DNA from: Octopus sinensis
Taxonomy: Eukaryota
Length of the DNA: 64,000 bases
Direction of reading: 5' to 3'
Assembly: GCF_006345805.1 (NCBI RefSeq)
Contig: NC_043001.1
Coordinates: 96,038,001 to 96,102,000, forward strand
A program made the position numbers and the translations under genes. Below the pieces are notes generated by a model, which had not been told where the DNA came from, made no database searches, and saw nothing but the letters and a program-made list of their open reading frames with translations. The number at the start of each line of letters is the position of its first letter. Within the stretch, counting starts at the first letter, position 1. Below, piece after piece: positions 50,840-63,362 of the stretch.

Positions 50840-51208
50840 TGGAAGCACTCCGTCGGTTACAACGACGAGGGTTCCGGTTGATCCGAATCAACGGAACAGC
50901 CTGCTCGTGAAATTAACGTGTAAGTCGCTGAGCACTCCACAGCCACGTGTACCCTTAACATAGTTCTCGGGGATATTCAGTGTGACACAGAGAGTGGCAA
51001 GGCTGGCCTTTTGAAATACAGGTACAACAGAAACAGGAAGTAAGAGTGAGAGAAAGTTGTGGTGAAAGAGTACAGCAGGGATCACCACCATCCCCTGCCG
51101 GAGCCTCGTGGAGCTTTAGGTGTTTTCGCTCAATAAACACTCACAACGCCCGGTCTGGGAATCGAAACCGCGAGTCCGCTGCCCTAACCACTGGGCCATT
51201 GCGCCTCC
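50840..51208 (-). mobile_element. tRNA-derived SINE, family A
   Basis: Minus-strand head ggaggcgcaatggcccagtggttagggcagcggactcgcggtttcgattcccagaccggg. The 3' body differs from family A'. Confidence 0.9.
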
Positions 51209-51545
51209 ACTGTCATTCACCAAATGCTACATATCAGAGGAGGTTTTCAAGTAATAGAAGTGTAGAAAACTAATGGCGGTGCCAGTGTATGGCCGCAGCC
51301 CACGATCTGAAACTAGCAAAAACATAAAGTAGTATCCATATGCATATGTGTAGATATATATATAAGTATTCTTTTACTCTTTTATTTGTTTCAGTGATTT
51401 GACAGGGGCCCTGTCGGAGCACCGCCTTTTAGTCGAAGAAATTGACCCCTGGACTTATTCTTTGTAAGCTCGGTACATATTTATTGACAGACATCGATAC
51501 GCACAAGCACACGTACACACACAGACTCACACACACACACATACA

Positions 51546-52175
51546 CTGGTCTATATGAGCATATGTGTTTGTACGTCTCTTTGTACACAACCTTATATAA
51601 GTAAGTATAGGTACGCTTACATATGACTGAAATTATGCACACTTGCGTATATATATATACACAAACACACACACATACACACACACACTGGTCTATATGG
51701 GCATTTGTGCTTGTACGTTTCTTTGTACGCTACCTTATATAACTAAGTATAGGCACCCTCTTAAATTTGTCAAGGGATCTTACGCTTATATATGACTGAA
51801 ATTATGCACACTTGCGTATATATATATATATACACACACAAACACACACACACACACACACACACACTGGTCTATATGGGCATTTGTGCTTGTACGTTTC
51901 TTTGTACGCTACCTTATATAACTAAGTATAGGCGCCCTCTTAAATTTGTCAAGGGATCTTACGCTTATATATGACTGAAATTATGCACACTTGCATATAC
52001 ACACACACACACACACACATACACACACACACACACAGAGGTCTAAATAGGCATATGTGTCTGTACGTCTCTTTGTACGCAACCTTATATAAAGTACGTA
52101 TAGGCACGCTCTTAAATTTGTCAAGGGATCTTACACTTACGCATGACTGAAATTATGCACACTTGCGTATATATA
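51546..52175. repeat. Four-unit minisatellite (~140-180 bp) with embedded TA/CA runs
   Basis: Units start at about 51546, 51688, 51867 and 52038 (ggtctatatg.gcat.tgtg.ttgtacgt.tctttgtac...atgactgaaattatgcacacttgc). Confidence 0.9.
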
Positions 52176-52664
52176 TACACGACAGTATGTCGGTGTATAA
52201 GTAGTTGTGCCACTTGGTGACTACACATGAGTAACTGACGCTTGATTAGATATATATCTTTATAACAAATTATTTTTCTTATAAACGATTCAATGAACTG
52301 ACTTGAGAATGACTTTATTGTGTTGCTTTACTTATTAAACTTGGTTACTTCAGACAAAATTTTGTATAAAGAAAGTTGTTTATTGCTTTCTTAATGTTTA
52401 TGCTTTTGTATTTGTTTGATTGTTTGTGTTTACATATTTTATTTTATTCTTTTATTTTGTCAGTATATTTTTTTGAAGCCGTTTTTATTTTTTTCAGGAA
52501 TACTAAAATATTTGAGGCCATCAATTCATGTGTGCGGATGTGTGTGTGTAGTTTTGTGTTATTTATACACATACACACATGCCCACACGCACGCACTTAC
52601 ACAAGAACACTCACACACACACACACTCACACACATACACACGCACACATGTACATATATGCTA

Positions 52665-52715
<51 letters not shown>

Positions 52716-52752
52716 TACACTTACACACACGCACACATATATATGTGTATGC

Positions 52753-52805
<53 letters not shown>

Positions 52806-52842
52806 TACACTTACACACACGCACACATATATATGTGTATGC

Positions 52843-52893
<51 letters not shown>

Positions 52894-52930
52894 TACACTT
52901 ATACACACGCACACATATATATGTGTATGC

Positions 52931-52966
<36 letters not shown>

Positions 52967-53003
52967 GCATACACATATCTATGTGTGCGTGTGTATAAGT
53001 GTA

Positions 53004-53037
<34 letters not shown>

Positions 53038-53116
53038 ATCACACGCGCATATAAAAAACGATAGATAAACATATTAGTAAAGATTTCTGTGTTACGAAGG
53101 ATGTGGAAGGAATAAT

Positions 53117-53215
53117 AGAAGAAGAAGAAGAAGAAGAAGAAGAAGAAGAAGAAGAAGAAGAAGAAGAAGAAGAAGAAGAAGAAGAAGAAGAAGAAGAAGA
53201 AGAAGAAGAAGAAAT
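53117..53215. repeat. Pure (GAA)n tract
   Basis: Read directly from the sequence. Confidence 0.95.
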
Positions 53216-54347
53216 AAAATAAAATAAAATAAATGAAAAACTGCTAAAAAATGTCGGCTGCATTATTTGAATATTTTCGTGTCATTTTGGTATCGTTTTA
53301 TTCTTGTTTTAGCTTTTTGTTGCCTTTATTGCGTTTTATTTTAACGCTATTTTGTTTTTGTTTGTTTTTGTTGAATCACGCTTTATTTTGTATCTTTTCT
53401 TTTTTTATCTACTTATTCTAGAAGCAATAATTACATTTTAGGGTAGATGAAGAGTGAAATAAAAAAAATAAAACGCTAAAAGTAGGAAAAAAAAAACAAA
53501 CAAAATACAAGATGAAAGACACTCTGTTGAATTCTTGCCAGTGCTGCAAATATAATTTGATTATTCCATTAGCTTTTTTTCTTTCCTTTGTGAAGAGATA
53601 AACAGGCAAAGCTGAATAGCGTTGCTTTGGACTTTATACCATGGGGAATAGTGATATTGAATAACTTAAACTGTAAAGAAGACACAACGACAAGGTCAAC
53701 ACCATAGACAAAATGTCTGACTACTTAATATATATACCTTGATGCACAGCACATAGGTACTACAAAAACAAAACACTCACCCCTAGATTGACACCCACAC
53801 AATCACATACACACACACGCACGTACGCACGCACACGCACTTGCTTATGTGCACACACATACGAAATACACTCAAGCAGGAAGCAAACAGAATAATATAT
53901 ACACAACACACGCACATATACATATACCCATGTACGTACATACATAGACGTACATAGATATAAACACATCTATATATATATATATATATATATACTTCTA
54001 AAAATATACATGTGTGTGTGTGTTTGTATGACTGTAGGTATGTTTATATTTCTGACCACATTATACACGAAAACTGCAACAAATACTGAAATTTGCACGG
54101 GTGTTGTGAGTGCACCCGATGATTTAAAGATCTTACAGTCACATTACCTTCTGTAATGAGCTTTCCAAATTATATTCGCATATGTATAATTAAATAGGGC
54201 AATTATTGTAGATACTCAAATATTAATTAGTAACGAATAATCGGCCACTTTAGTTGATGGAGCAAGCTCTAAAAAAATATGAAAAACAAATACTATTATT
54301 GATAAAAGAGATACGTTAAACAGTAAAAACTATAAAAAAAACAGCGC

Positions 54348-54557
54348 TACGAGGGGTTGCTAAAAAGTCCTCGTCTTCGGTAAAAGAAAAGAGGATCAAT
54401 TAATTATGATTTTATTTAACATATTCTCCTTCTCAGATTCCCGCAGCGGTCCTTCAGTTTTCCAAAAACCCTGTGAAAGAACTCGGAAGACAGGGCCTCT
54501 AACCTGGCCTTTCGCGACACTCTTAAAGCCAGGAACTTTTCAGCTCACCCTTGCATA
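54348..54557 (-). mobile_element. Mariner-derived MITE, inverted relative to 48614
   Basis: tacgaggggttgctaaaaagtcc ... aaagccaggaactttttcagctcacccttg. Confidence 0.8.
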
Positions 54558-55223
54558 ATATACCACATACACAAATGTTTCTATACCACGTAAGGGATTG
54601 AAAGCTAATTATATAAATCCATGAAATAGAAAACAAATTGTATCGCACCTAATGATAAACGCCTTTGACAGTAGGCACAAAGACTGGAATTTTAAAGGAG
54701 TGGATTAGTCGATTAGATTGGAACTTCTTTAACCCACTTCGAAAGGAAAACGAGGAAGCAGTTGACCTCCTCAGTATTTGAACACGTAACGTAAAGCCGG
54801 AAGAAATCCTGATAAGCATTTTATGCGACGTACAAACAAATTCTGCTTGCTTTACACACAATCACAAATGAATAGTTAGAGTTACAAAACAACAAAATTA
54901 AAATCTTCTCATTAGCAACAATTCTTAAAAATGCTAGTCACAGATAGCAATTTTATTGCAAGACCTAGCGTATTTTTTACTAAGAGCTTAGCAGGAATTT
55001 TTTAAATCTAGAACTGAGCAGGGAAAATTGCAGTTAGAAAAATTTTATTCCCATTATTTATCATTGTTCTTATTTCCACAATAATTGCCCTTTTTCTTGT
55101 GTTTTCTCGCTTTTAGTAGTTCTGTTTGTTTTTCTTTTTCTTTTTTGTATTTCCTTCTTTCTTTTAGAAGCATATTACCATTAACTTTCAGTACTGTCAG
55201 TTATTGTTTTTTCTTTTATTTTC

Positions 55224-55387
55224 AGGCGTACGAGTGGCTGTGTGGTAAGTAGCTTGCTTACGAACCACATGGTTTGGGGTTCAGTCCCACTGCTTAGCAC
55301 TTTGGGCAAATGTCTTCTACTAAAGCCTTGGGCCGACCAAAGCCTTGTGAGTGGATTTGGTAGACGGAAACTGAAAGAAGCCCGTCG

Positions 55388-55428
<41 letters not shown>

Positions 55429-55640
55429 ATAGGTGTTTGTGTATCTGTGTTTGTACCCCAGCATCGCTTGACAACAGATGCTGGTGTGTTTACGTCCCTG
55501 TAACTTAGCGGTTCGGTAAAATAGTCTGATAGAATATGTACTTGCCTTACAAAGAATAAGTCCTGGGGTCGATGTGCTCGACTACAGGTGGTACTCCAGC
55601 ATGGCCAGTCAGATGACCGAAGCAAGTAAGAGACTAAAAC
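55224..55640 (+). mobile_element. Full-length SINE family B
   Basis: Head ggcgtacgagtggctgtgtggtaagtagcttgcttac...ggggttcagtccc. Homologous to 46975-47392. Confidence 0.9.
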
Positions 55641-55739
55641 AGATACTCCAAATAAAAGGATATCATGTATTTTACTGTTACACTTTTAACCCTGATTTGG
55701 TCGGAGATATGACTCTTGTCAGCACCTGAGCTTCCCCCA

Positions 55740-55957
55740 TACGAGTGTGTGCGGAAACTTTCCTACCCTTACGAGTATTGCAAAAGACTTGGTTGAAGGC
55801 CCGACTTTCCGAGTTCTTTTACAGAGCTTAGGACAACTGAAGGACCGCTACAGTAAATATATGAATTCAAGAGGGGAATACGTTGAACAAAATCATAATC
55901 AGCTGGTCTCCTGTATTTTCTTTTACCCAAAGCCAGGAACTTTTCAGCACTCTTCGT
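55740..55957 (+). mobile_element. Mariner-derived MITE retaining the transposase C-terminal SRGEYVE
   Basis: Frame ...QLKDRYSKYMNSRGEYVE, then the TIR aaagccaggaacttttcagcactcttcg. Confidence 0.75.
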
Positions 55958-56489
55958 GCTGGCTGCAGGAACCGACAGTGCCACTTGAATGATAGAAATG
56001 AACAAGGGTGTTTTCAAGAAAATGAAGACGAAGTTTCATCGTTACTTCTATTTATATGTACGCCGTAAACGTATCGAATCCGCCACCTATAGCAGTATTA
56101 GATCCGATACTAATGCTAGACAGCAAAATTCAAGTTGCCATGATAAGTTTTTTAGTAACAATAGATTTCTTTTCCGAAATAGACTTCGAAACACCATCAG
56201 GATCGCCACAGTTCGTAGGGAATCTACCAAGAATACCGTAAGAAACAGAGGGTTGCCCTATTAACCCTGATCATAAAATGAACTTATGCCAATGGTCTCA
56301 GGGTCTAAGAACATATTGCTATACAAGTTCAACATCCGCTTTTCTCGCTACTCGTTAACTAACTTTTTTTTTACTTTTCTTATTAGCACTCTTTTAAGTT
56401 GACAGTATCCCACACTTGTGCTGAATTCCTGCCTAGAAACTTAGATTTTTAGTATCCGAAACCTTTATATAGTTCTCCCACTCATGAAC

Positions 56490-57490
56490 TTGACAAAATG
56501 CCTGCAGACCGCTTTAGCAAGCTATCAATGATAAGGAGCCCTTGAAGGTTGTAAGATCTTCTGCAGCAAGGCTGCTGTCAATAGAAGCAGCTGTAAGAAG
56601 AATTTTAAGCCGATAGTTTGTATCACAACCTCACTTCCAAACCACAATTACAAAAGAAAAGTGCTTTACAGTTCAAACGCTATACCATATGTTATGTGAC
56701 TCTGGGTATGAACCTTTTCTTTTATTTTTGTATCCATTTCTAAAATATGTTCGGGAAGTGAATAAATTGAATCAAACATTGTTGAGAAAACAAAATTACA
56801 TGAAGAGTCTGATCAAATCGATTACAAATATGATAGCATTGGTAACATGTACAATTGATCATCTTGATCCTAATGCTTATATTAAAGAATTTCTTATCCT
56901 TAAATCAAATTTAGGCTACAGGTTCGAGAGAAAGATTACAGAAATTATTATATACGTAAAAAAGAATAATTTTTACTCCACCTTATGGAAAGGTCAAGCA
57001 ACGATTGCCAGAACATTTTAATATACTGAGGCATATCACATATTTTTCAGCAGAGAATGCCTTAAGACATTTCAAAGAACAATTTTTCCTGTCATAGAAG
57101 CAATGCATTTAAATGGAGAACAAAAATGCTTTAATTGAAATTCAATTTAATAGCATCCATTTAGTTAAATGGAGAAATGCATCTAATATTCAGGCATTAT
57201 AGTTAGAAGTCTTGGATTATAAAGATGCCTCTGTAGGAAATCCTTTTAGAGATGTTGCAGAATTTGCCATTAAACTATTAATATTGTTAAACTCAAACGC
57301 CGAATTCTAAAGGTTGTTCTGCAGTATGAGTAGAATCAAATGAAAACTGGAAAACAAAATGCAGCTTCGTATGTTTGGATCGATACTTCCTGTAAAATAT
57401 AGCCTAAAAAGATATGGCAAATGCTGTAAGATATTCGACATTCCAGAGCCTATATTTAACAAGGCAGAAACCTTGGATGTATACAAATGA
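56490..57490 (+). pseudogene. Decayed hAT-superfamily transposase (C-terminal half)
   Basis: 56521-57021 reads AINDKEPLKVV..AARLLSIEAAVRRIL..*...HF...EKCF..LYHML.D...LFLYPFL..V.EVNKL. 57215-57490 reads DYKDASVGNPFRDVAEFAIKLLIL.NSNAEF*RLFCSM..IK*KL.NKM (hAT dimerisation motif P.SNAE.ER.FS). Confidence 0.7.
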
Positions 57491-58109
57491 CAAGATTCGG
57501 ATACAGCAGCTGATAGCGAACAAATCAGTGAAATTTTTCTTTTAAATATTTTTCAAGGCTAAATGTAATTGAAGAATGTAAATCCAAATGTAAATATTTT
57601 TTTTTATATAATATAAATTAATTTAAGCTTTTGTTTTTCTTATCTTGTCATCTTCGCATTCTTTGGTATCTTTCTGCTGAAATTTAGCACAAGGTTATGA
57701 TATTATATTGGCAAAACTAGCCACAGGTTTACTTCGGTTGTATTTACACCAGTCGTATGTTATAACAAGAAGTAAAAATTTGGCAAATGAAGCAAAACTA
57801 GGTACACAATCATCAGAATATTATAAACGGTGTATAATTATGTGTATTTACACATGTATGTGCGCGCTCGTATTTGTGTGTGTGCCTCAATACATATATG
57901 TGTATGTTTTTTGATAGACAGCTCAAAAGTAAATAGACAGATAGGAAACGGTGTAATGAGGTTTGTCTACTTTTGACAAATCTATGCATGTGCATATATA
58001 GTGAATGAATATATATATATATATATATTATCTTTTACTGATTTCAGCCCAGGGCTGCGGTCAGGCTGGTACACAAACTATAGTTACTCTGTGTTGTTTC
58101 CGGTTTTGT

Positions 58110-58310
58110 TTTTGGTGAAGTAGCGAGTTGGACGGATCTGCTCTTCTTTGCGTCTCCTGCCGCGATGTGGGTTCATCTGGTATCTCAGATAGAAACCTGT
58201 CCAGACCTCCCTTGAAGACTTCCACACCAACACCATGTAGATCTCTATGGTTGCCTGGCAGGATGCTGAACAGGCCTTTGAAACACAGAGTATTGCAATA
58301 CTGTGACCTT
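58110..58310 (-). mobile_element. CR1-group LINE 3' end (same family as 50492-50830)
   Basis: Minus frame LCFKGLFSILPGNHRDLHGVGVEVFKGGLDRFLSEIPDEPTSRQETQRRADPSNSLLHQ. Confidence 0.75.
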
Positions 58311-58364
58311 ATTTTAGATGGGGATATATATGAGATATATATGACTCTGTGTATATTTGTATGT

Positions 58365-59680
58365 ATGTACGTATGTATGTGCAGATTTGTATGTTTTATA
58401 GGAAATACAATGACATACTTGACACTAAAAGATGCTAAATGTGACGATGATAACGACGACGACGATGATGATGATGGGATGAGGAGGATAAGGAGAAGGA
58501 TGAAGTGGATAAAGAGGATGAGGATGGAGATGAAGGGGAGGAGAGGAAGAGAGGAGGATGAAGGAGGATGACGGAGGATGAGAAAGTGGATGAAGAGGTG
58601 GATGGAGAGGAAGAGGAAGGGAAGGATGAAGTGGAGGAAAAGATTGAAGAGGAAGATGAACGGAGGATGAAAGGGAGTGAAGGGGATGAAGGGAATAAAG
58701 AGGAGGATGGAGGGGATGAAGAAGATGGAGAAGAGAAAGTGGAGGATGAGGAGAAAGAAGAAGCGATGGATGAAGAGGAGGGCAAAGAGAAGGGTGAAGA
58801 GGAAGGTGAAGAGAAGGATGAAGAAGTGGGTGAAGAAGATGACGCTGAGGGGAGGTGGTGGTGGTGGCGGAGGAGGAGGAGAGTGACAACGACGACGACG
58901 ACGACGAAGATGTTCGAGAATGATGTAGATGTCATTTGGTGTTGCGTCTTGTGTTTTAGGCTTCCTTGTTGATTATTCTTTTGTTTTTTGTTTTATATTT
59001 GCTGAAAGGAAGTGTTGAGAATGTTCTGTCTGGATAGATGTTGCTTCATTTTCGTTCTCTAGGTACGTTTACTGCATTATGTTTGATAGATCTCCTAGGT
59101 TTATAACGTTGCCGAATGTACATTATCGATGTCCTGGTTCTGGAAGTGACCGTGGGATTTATTGTATTCGATAATTATCTGGTTGAATATACGTTTTGCA
59201 ATGTCTACGGAGGCTAAGTATGTGATTGTGATATTGGAATCCTGGAAATCCTGGTGTCTAGTTCTTTGTGACAGATTTCGTTCCACTTGATGTTTTTGCT
59301 TCAATTTGAAACTATGTCAGATTTATTCTTCTATGTGTCAGTATTATTGACCCCAGAGAAGGTCAATACCTAGCTGTAAGGTAGGCGTGAATAATAGCGG
59401 TGGATGTTGTATTACCAGTTCCTAATTTGCCTCGAAGATATATGAGCTAGATCATTGTATGTATGTATGTATGTATGTATGTATGTATGTATGTATGTAT
59501 GCATGTATGTATGTATGTATGTATGTATGTATGTATAGATTTGTATGTTTTATAGGAAATACAATGAAATACTTGACACTAAAAGATGCTAAATGTGACG
59601 ACGATGATGATGATGATGAGATGAGGAGGATAAGGAGAAGGATGAAGTGGATAAAGAGGAGGATGAGGGGAGGATGAGGA
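58365..59680. repeat. ~200-bp block present twice (58365-58560, 59500-59680), each running into GAT/GAG purine-rich low complexity
   Basis: agatttgtatgttttataggaaatacaatga.atacttgacactaaaagatgctaaatgtgacga...gatgaggaggataaggagaaggatgaagtggataaagagga. Confidence 0.85.
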
Positions 59681-59963
59681 TAAAGACGAGGAGAGGAATG
59701 GAAGGATTAGGAGGAGAAAGCTTATGTGAAAGAGGAAGTGGGAAGAGGTGGAAGAGAGGAGGATGAAGAGAAGGAGGAAGAGGAGAGAGATGCAGTGGAT
59801 GAGGAGAAAATTATGGTGTAACTGTTCTGTGATGACTTTCTTCTGCTTTAATCTCTTTCGAAAACAGGAGGTGCTGTACGATGTGAAGTTTAAATGATAC
59901 TCATGAAAACAACAATTTGTGAAGGTTCTCAGGTGAGACGGTAAGCGAGGGTGATGCCGTCAC

Positions 59964-60030
59964 TTATATAGGTATTACATAGGTATTATGTAATACCTAT
60001 ATAAAGGTATTACATAGTACCTATGTAATA
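59964..60030. repeat. Local fold-back array of the AGGTATTACAT motif (two adjacent hairpins)
   Basis: 17-bp arms at 59964-59980 and 59988-60004. 10-bp arms at 60008-60017 and 60021-60030. Confidence 0.85.
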
Positions 60031-62244
60031 GGTATTATGTCTTGTGTTGCTAGATTAACCTTTGTATTTCTTCATTTTTAGGGACTTTCCCGCTTCTTAA
60101 CAGTTTACAAATGTCATTATTTGAATTATGCATGCAAGCTTGTTTATGTATTATAAGACCAACAGACTTTAGAAAAGATTACTCTAGACGGATTTGCGTC
60201 TTTGGTTCATAAGTACGTTTCCTAATTATTGATATATAAATAAAGTGGTCTAGGATATTATTATTTACTTCAGTAGAAGTGTTTTATGTCATTAGTGTTT
60301 ATTACATTTTTTTTATCATATTTTGTGTCATGTATAAAAAGGTTACTACTATTGTTTTTTTTCTTTTTTGTGCGGGAACCGTTTATTCAAATTGATTTCT
60401 GTAGAGTTAAGGCATTGTGACTGAGACAATAGAACTTCCGTTTTTTTTTCTTACTTTGTTTTATGTCGGTAAAGTGTATTTTTTCTGCATTGTTGGTAGA
60501 TTTTCAATTGTGATATCTATATGGGATTTTTTATTGTAGTTCGAAGACTTTGTGAATAATATTTCTTTAAATTAAAGTGTTTTGCTCTCTGGCTTCGCAC
60601 TACTTAGTCTCTGATGTTGAATGCCTAAATGGAGAGATATTTTTTAGTGTATCGAAGGTTCGCTTAACAGGCGTTCTTACCATGATCATATCTCTTCTTT
60701 TCTTTCATAATACATTCGATACCAAATCGGCCCTTTAGCAGAGAGAGAGAGAGGGGAGCATCGGATAGAAAGCATAGCAATTTCTTGTTCCAGCTCTTTG
60801 TGTTCTGAGTTCAAATCCTGTTGAAATAAGTTTTGTTTTTTATCATTTCGGGACTAACCGCCGGTCTTACCCATTTTCGTTCTGTCAGTAACATCAAAGA
60901 TATTCTACAGAGTCGAGGGTTCTTGGACTGAGAAGATGTTCAAGTCTGCTCTCGACTACCTGCGACCACATTTATACGTAATGTGAGTATATTGCATGTG
61001 TAAGTATGTGAATGTATGAATAAACGGCACTGTTTATATGTTTTGCCATTGTTATAGTGAAACATTTCCCCAAGGAACTGCCCAATGGGATCGAACGCGA
61101 AACAGCATGATTACGAAGATTTTTAACCTTTTACTCATCACTTTGCTGTACATACACACGCGTATAGACGCACATACACACACATACATTTGTGTGTGTG
61201 TGTTTAGATTCATGTTAATTTGAATTTGCGCTTATATTTACGCATCATTGTATGTATACATGCACGTATGCATGTATGTATGTGTCCAAGTATGAATGTA
61301 TGTATGAGTGTGTATCCATGTATGCATGTATGTATGGATGGATGGATGGATGTTTGTATGCACATATATGCACGAAGATATGCATCTATATGATGAGTGG
61401 CTTCATGTGTACATGTTTGTGTGTAAACGTATTTTATGTATAAATATAGCAATTTTCATACAAAGTATATCTCAGGCAATACCGCCTTTAGCAACTTCTG
61501 TGCAACAACCTACTCAACGAATTCTCTATTTATATTTGCCAAGATTAAATCAGTGCAAGCTTGATTAGAAAAAATATTTCTCTAAATTCCTAAGTCTTCA
61601 ATTGCTTTGAGTGATTTATCTATATTTAAATATATGTATTATGCAGAATTGCATTTCTTCCGAGAGATATGCGTGTAATTTTAAATACCATTTCATAAAT
61701 GGAGGTAAAGAACAGGGAAGGTACGTTTTAATTATTCGAATTTCGAGGCTTTATTTTTTCATACGTACTATTCTGTATTCATTGGTGGCTTTGATAAATC
61801 ATTTCAAGGGAAATATTTCAGTTGAAACGTTGATTTCAAAGCTGCCAGATTCACATTTAATTATCATTAATTTCAGAATGGTAAGTGTTGGAGTACTTCC
61901 AAAATATTTTAAAATAGCTAATATCATACGAATGAACAGCTCCACGTAACAAAAAGGATGTAAGGCATATAACTTCAGTTCATATCGCAGTTCTTTAAAA
62001 TTTATTCATAATTGATGTTGTAGGAAATCCACAGTATAAGTCACGAGAATACAGAAACAAATATGATAGTATAAATATTTACAATTAGGTCTAACAAACA
62101 CTACTCATTTCATTCCTCAGTCAACTAAAATTTGCGCACCCTCCAAGTAATGTTATAGTTGTATAATATTGCACAGAATGGTACAATACGATATTGACAA
62201 TGTGAGTTTAAGCAATTAAACTGATATAACAACATAGTATCATA

Positions 62245-63362
62245 TCATCCCATAAGTAATGCCGTAACATCGTAGTAGGCTTTGAAAAAAAAACCCTAGT
62301 AAGGGACCAATTTAGTCAACTATATATTCCCCATCTGAATTAATTTTCTATAGAAATCAGCTGGCTTAGGAGAGAAAAACTCTTGAAAGTCTGTTACAAA
62401 TGCCTCTAAGGAATTGAATCCTTTTCAATTAATAAGATTTTGCAAGCTTCGAAATAATTGATAATGCGAAGGAGAAAGGTCAGAAGAATACGGAGGATGT
62501 GGAAGCAGTTACCAACCTAGCTCTTCGGTATTGGCACATGTGATTCTTGCACTATGAACTCTGGCATTGTCATGATAGAAAATATCACCCTTGCGATTAG
62601 TTAGAGAGCACCGTTTTCTGTAAGATTTTTATTCAAATTATCAATTTGTTCACGGTACACTCGTTCTGTAACTGCCTGGTTTTGTAACAAGATTTCAAAG
62701 TGTATTACACCAAATATGTCACACCAAACGCATAACAAAACTTTCCGAGGAAGATCTTGTTTTTGATGGGATCACGTTTGTTCTCCTGGTTGAATCAAAT
62801 TGACGTCGGTGTTTAACATTCTTATAAAGTATCCACTTTTCACCACCGACCAGTAGCATTTCAGATATTGACACGTTCTCTTTGATTTTTTTCACTCAGT
62901 TTATTTGGAAACCTCCTGACAACTTAGACACGATTCTAAGTTCTTGAAAATGGCGATGGACAATCGATGACAATGAATTATTCTCTTCTGGTGACTCTTC
63001 AACTATTGCATATGGATTTCTTCCAGTAGCAGTTTTTAACATATCATTGTCAAAATAGAGGGTACACAGAGTGCCAGGCATCTTTCAAGCTAAAGTGGGC
63101 TTGTACAACATTACGGAACCATCGTTGGCTCTTGCAAATATCCAAAACACCTTCCTCATGCACTTCTCACAAACTTTTTACGGCATTTGTTTCTTCGTTG
63201 CGTATTTTTATACTCGTAAAGAATGGCGTGTCTAATGTGCTCTTTTGTAACCTCCTTTTTCATGGAGGGGTTATTCAAGTAACAAATTTCTATTTGTGTG
63301 TTCTGAAAGCCAGAATCTATCTAACTGGAGCGTTTATCCTCCTGTTATATTTATGCACCCGT
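62245..63362 (-). mobile_element. Near full-length decayed mariner (D,D34D type); transposase pseudogene 63263-62312
   Basis: MKKEVTKEHIRHAILYEY..., GGEKWILYKNVK (TGDEKW site), RKVLLCVWCD..GVIHFE, FYHDNAR, HPPYSSDLSPSHY (34-residue spacing, third D>H), LFRSLQN, DGEYIVD*. Termini degenerate. Confidence 0.88.

Noticed and set aside
58425-58972. Acidic E/D-rich ORFs of 134-166 aa
   Set aside because: They come from GAG/GAT/GAA low-complexity sequence that is open in several frames on both strands and partly duplicated at 59500-59810.
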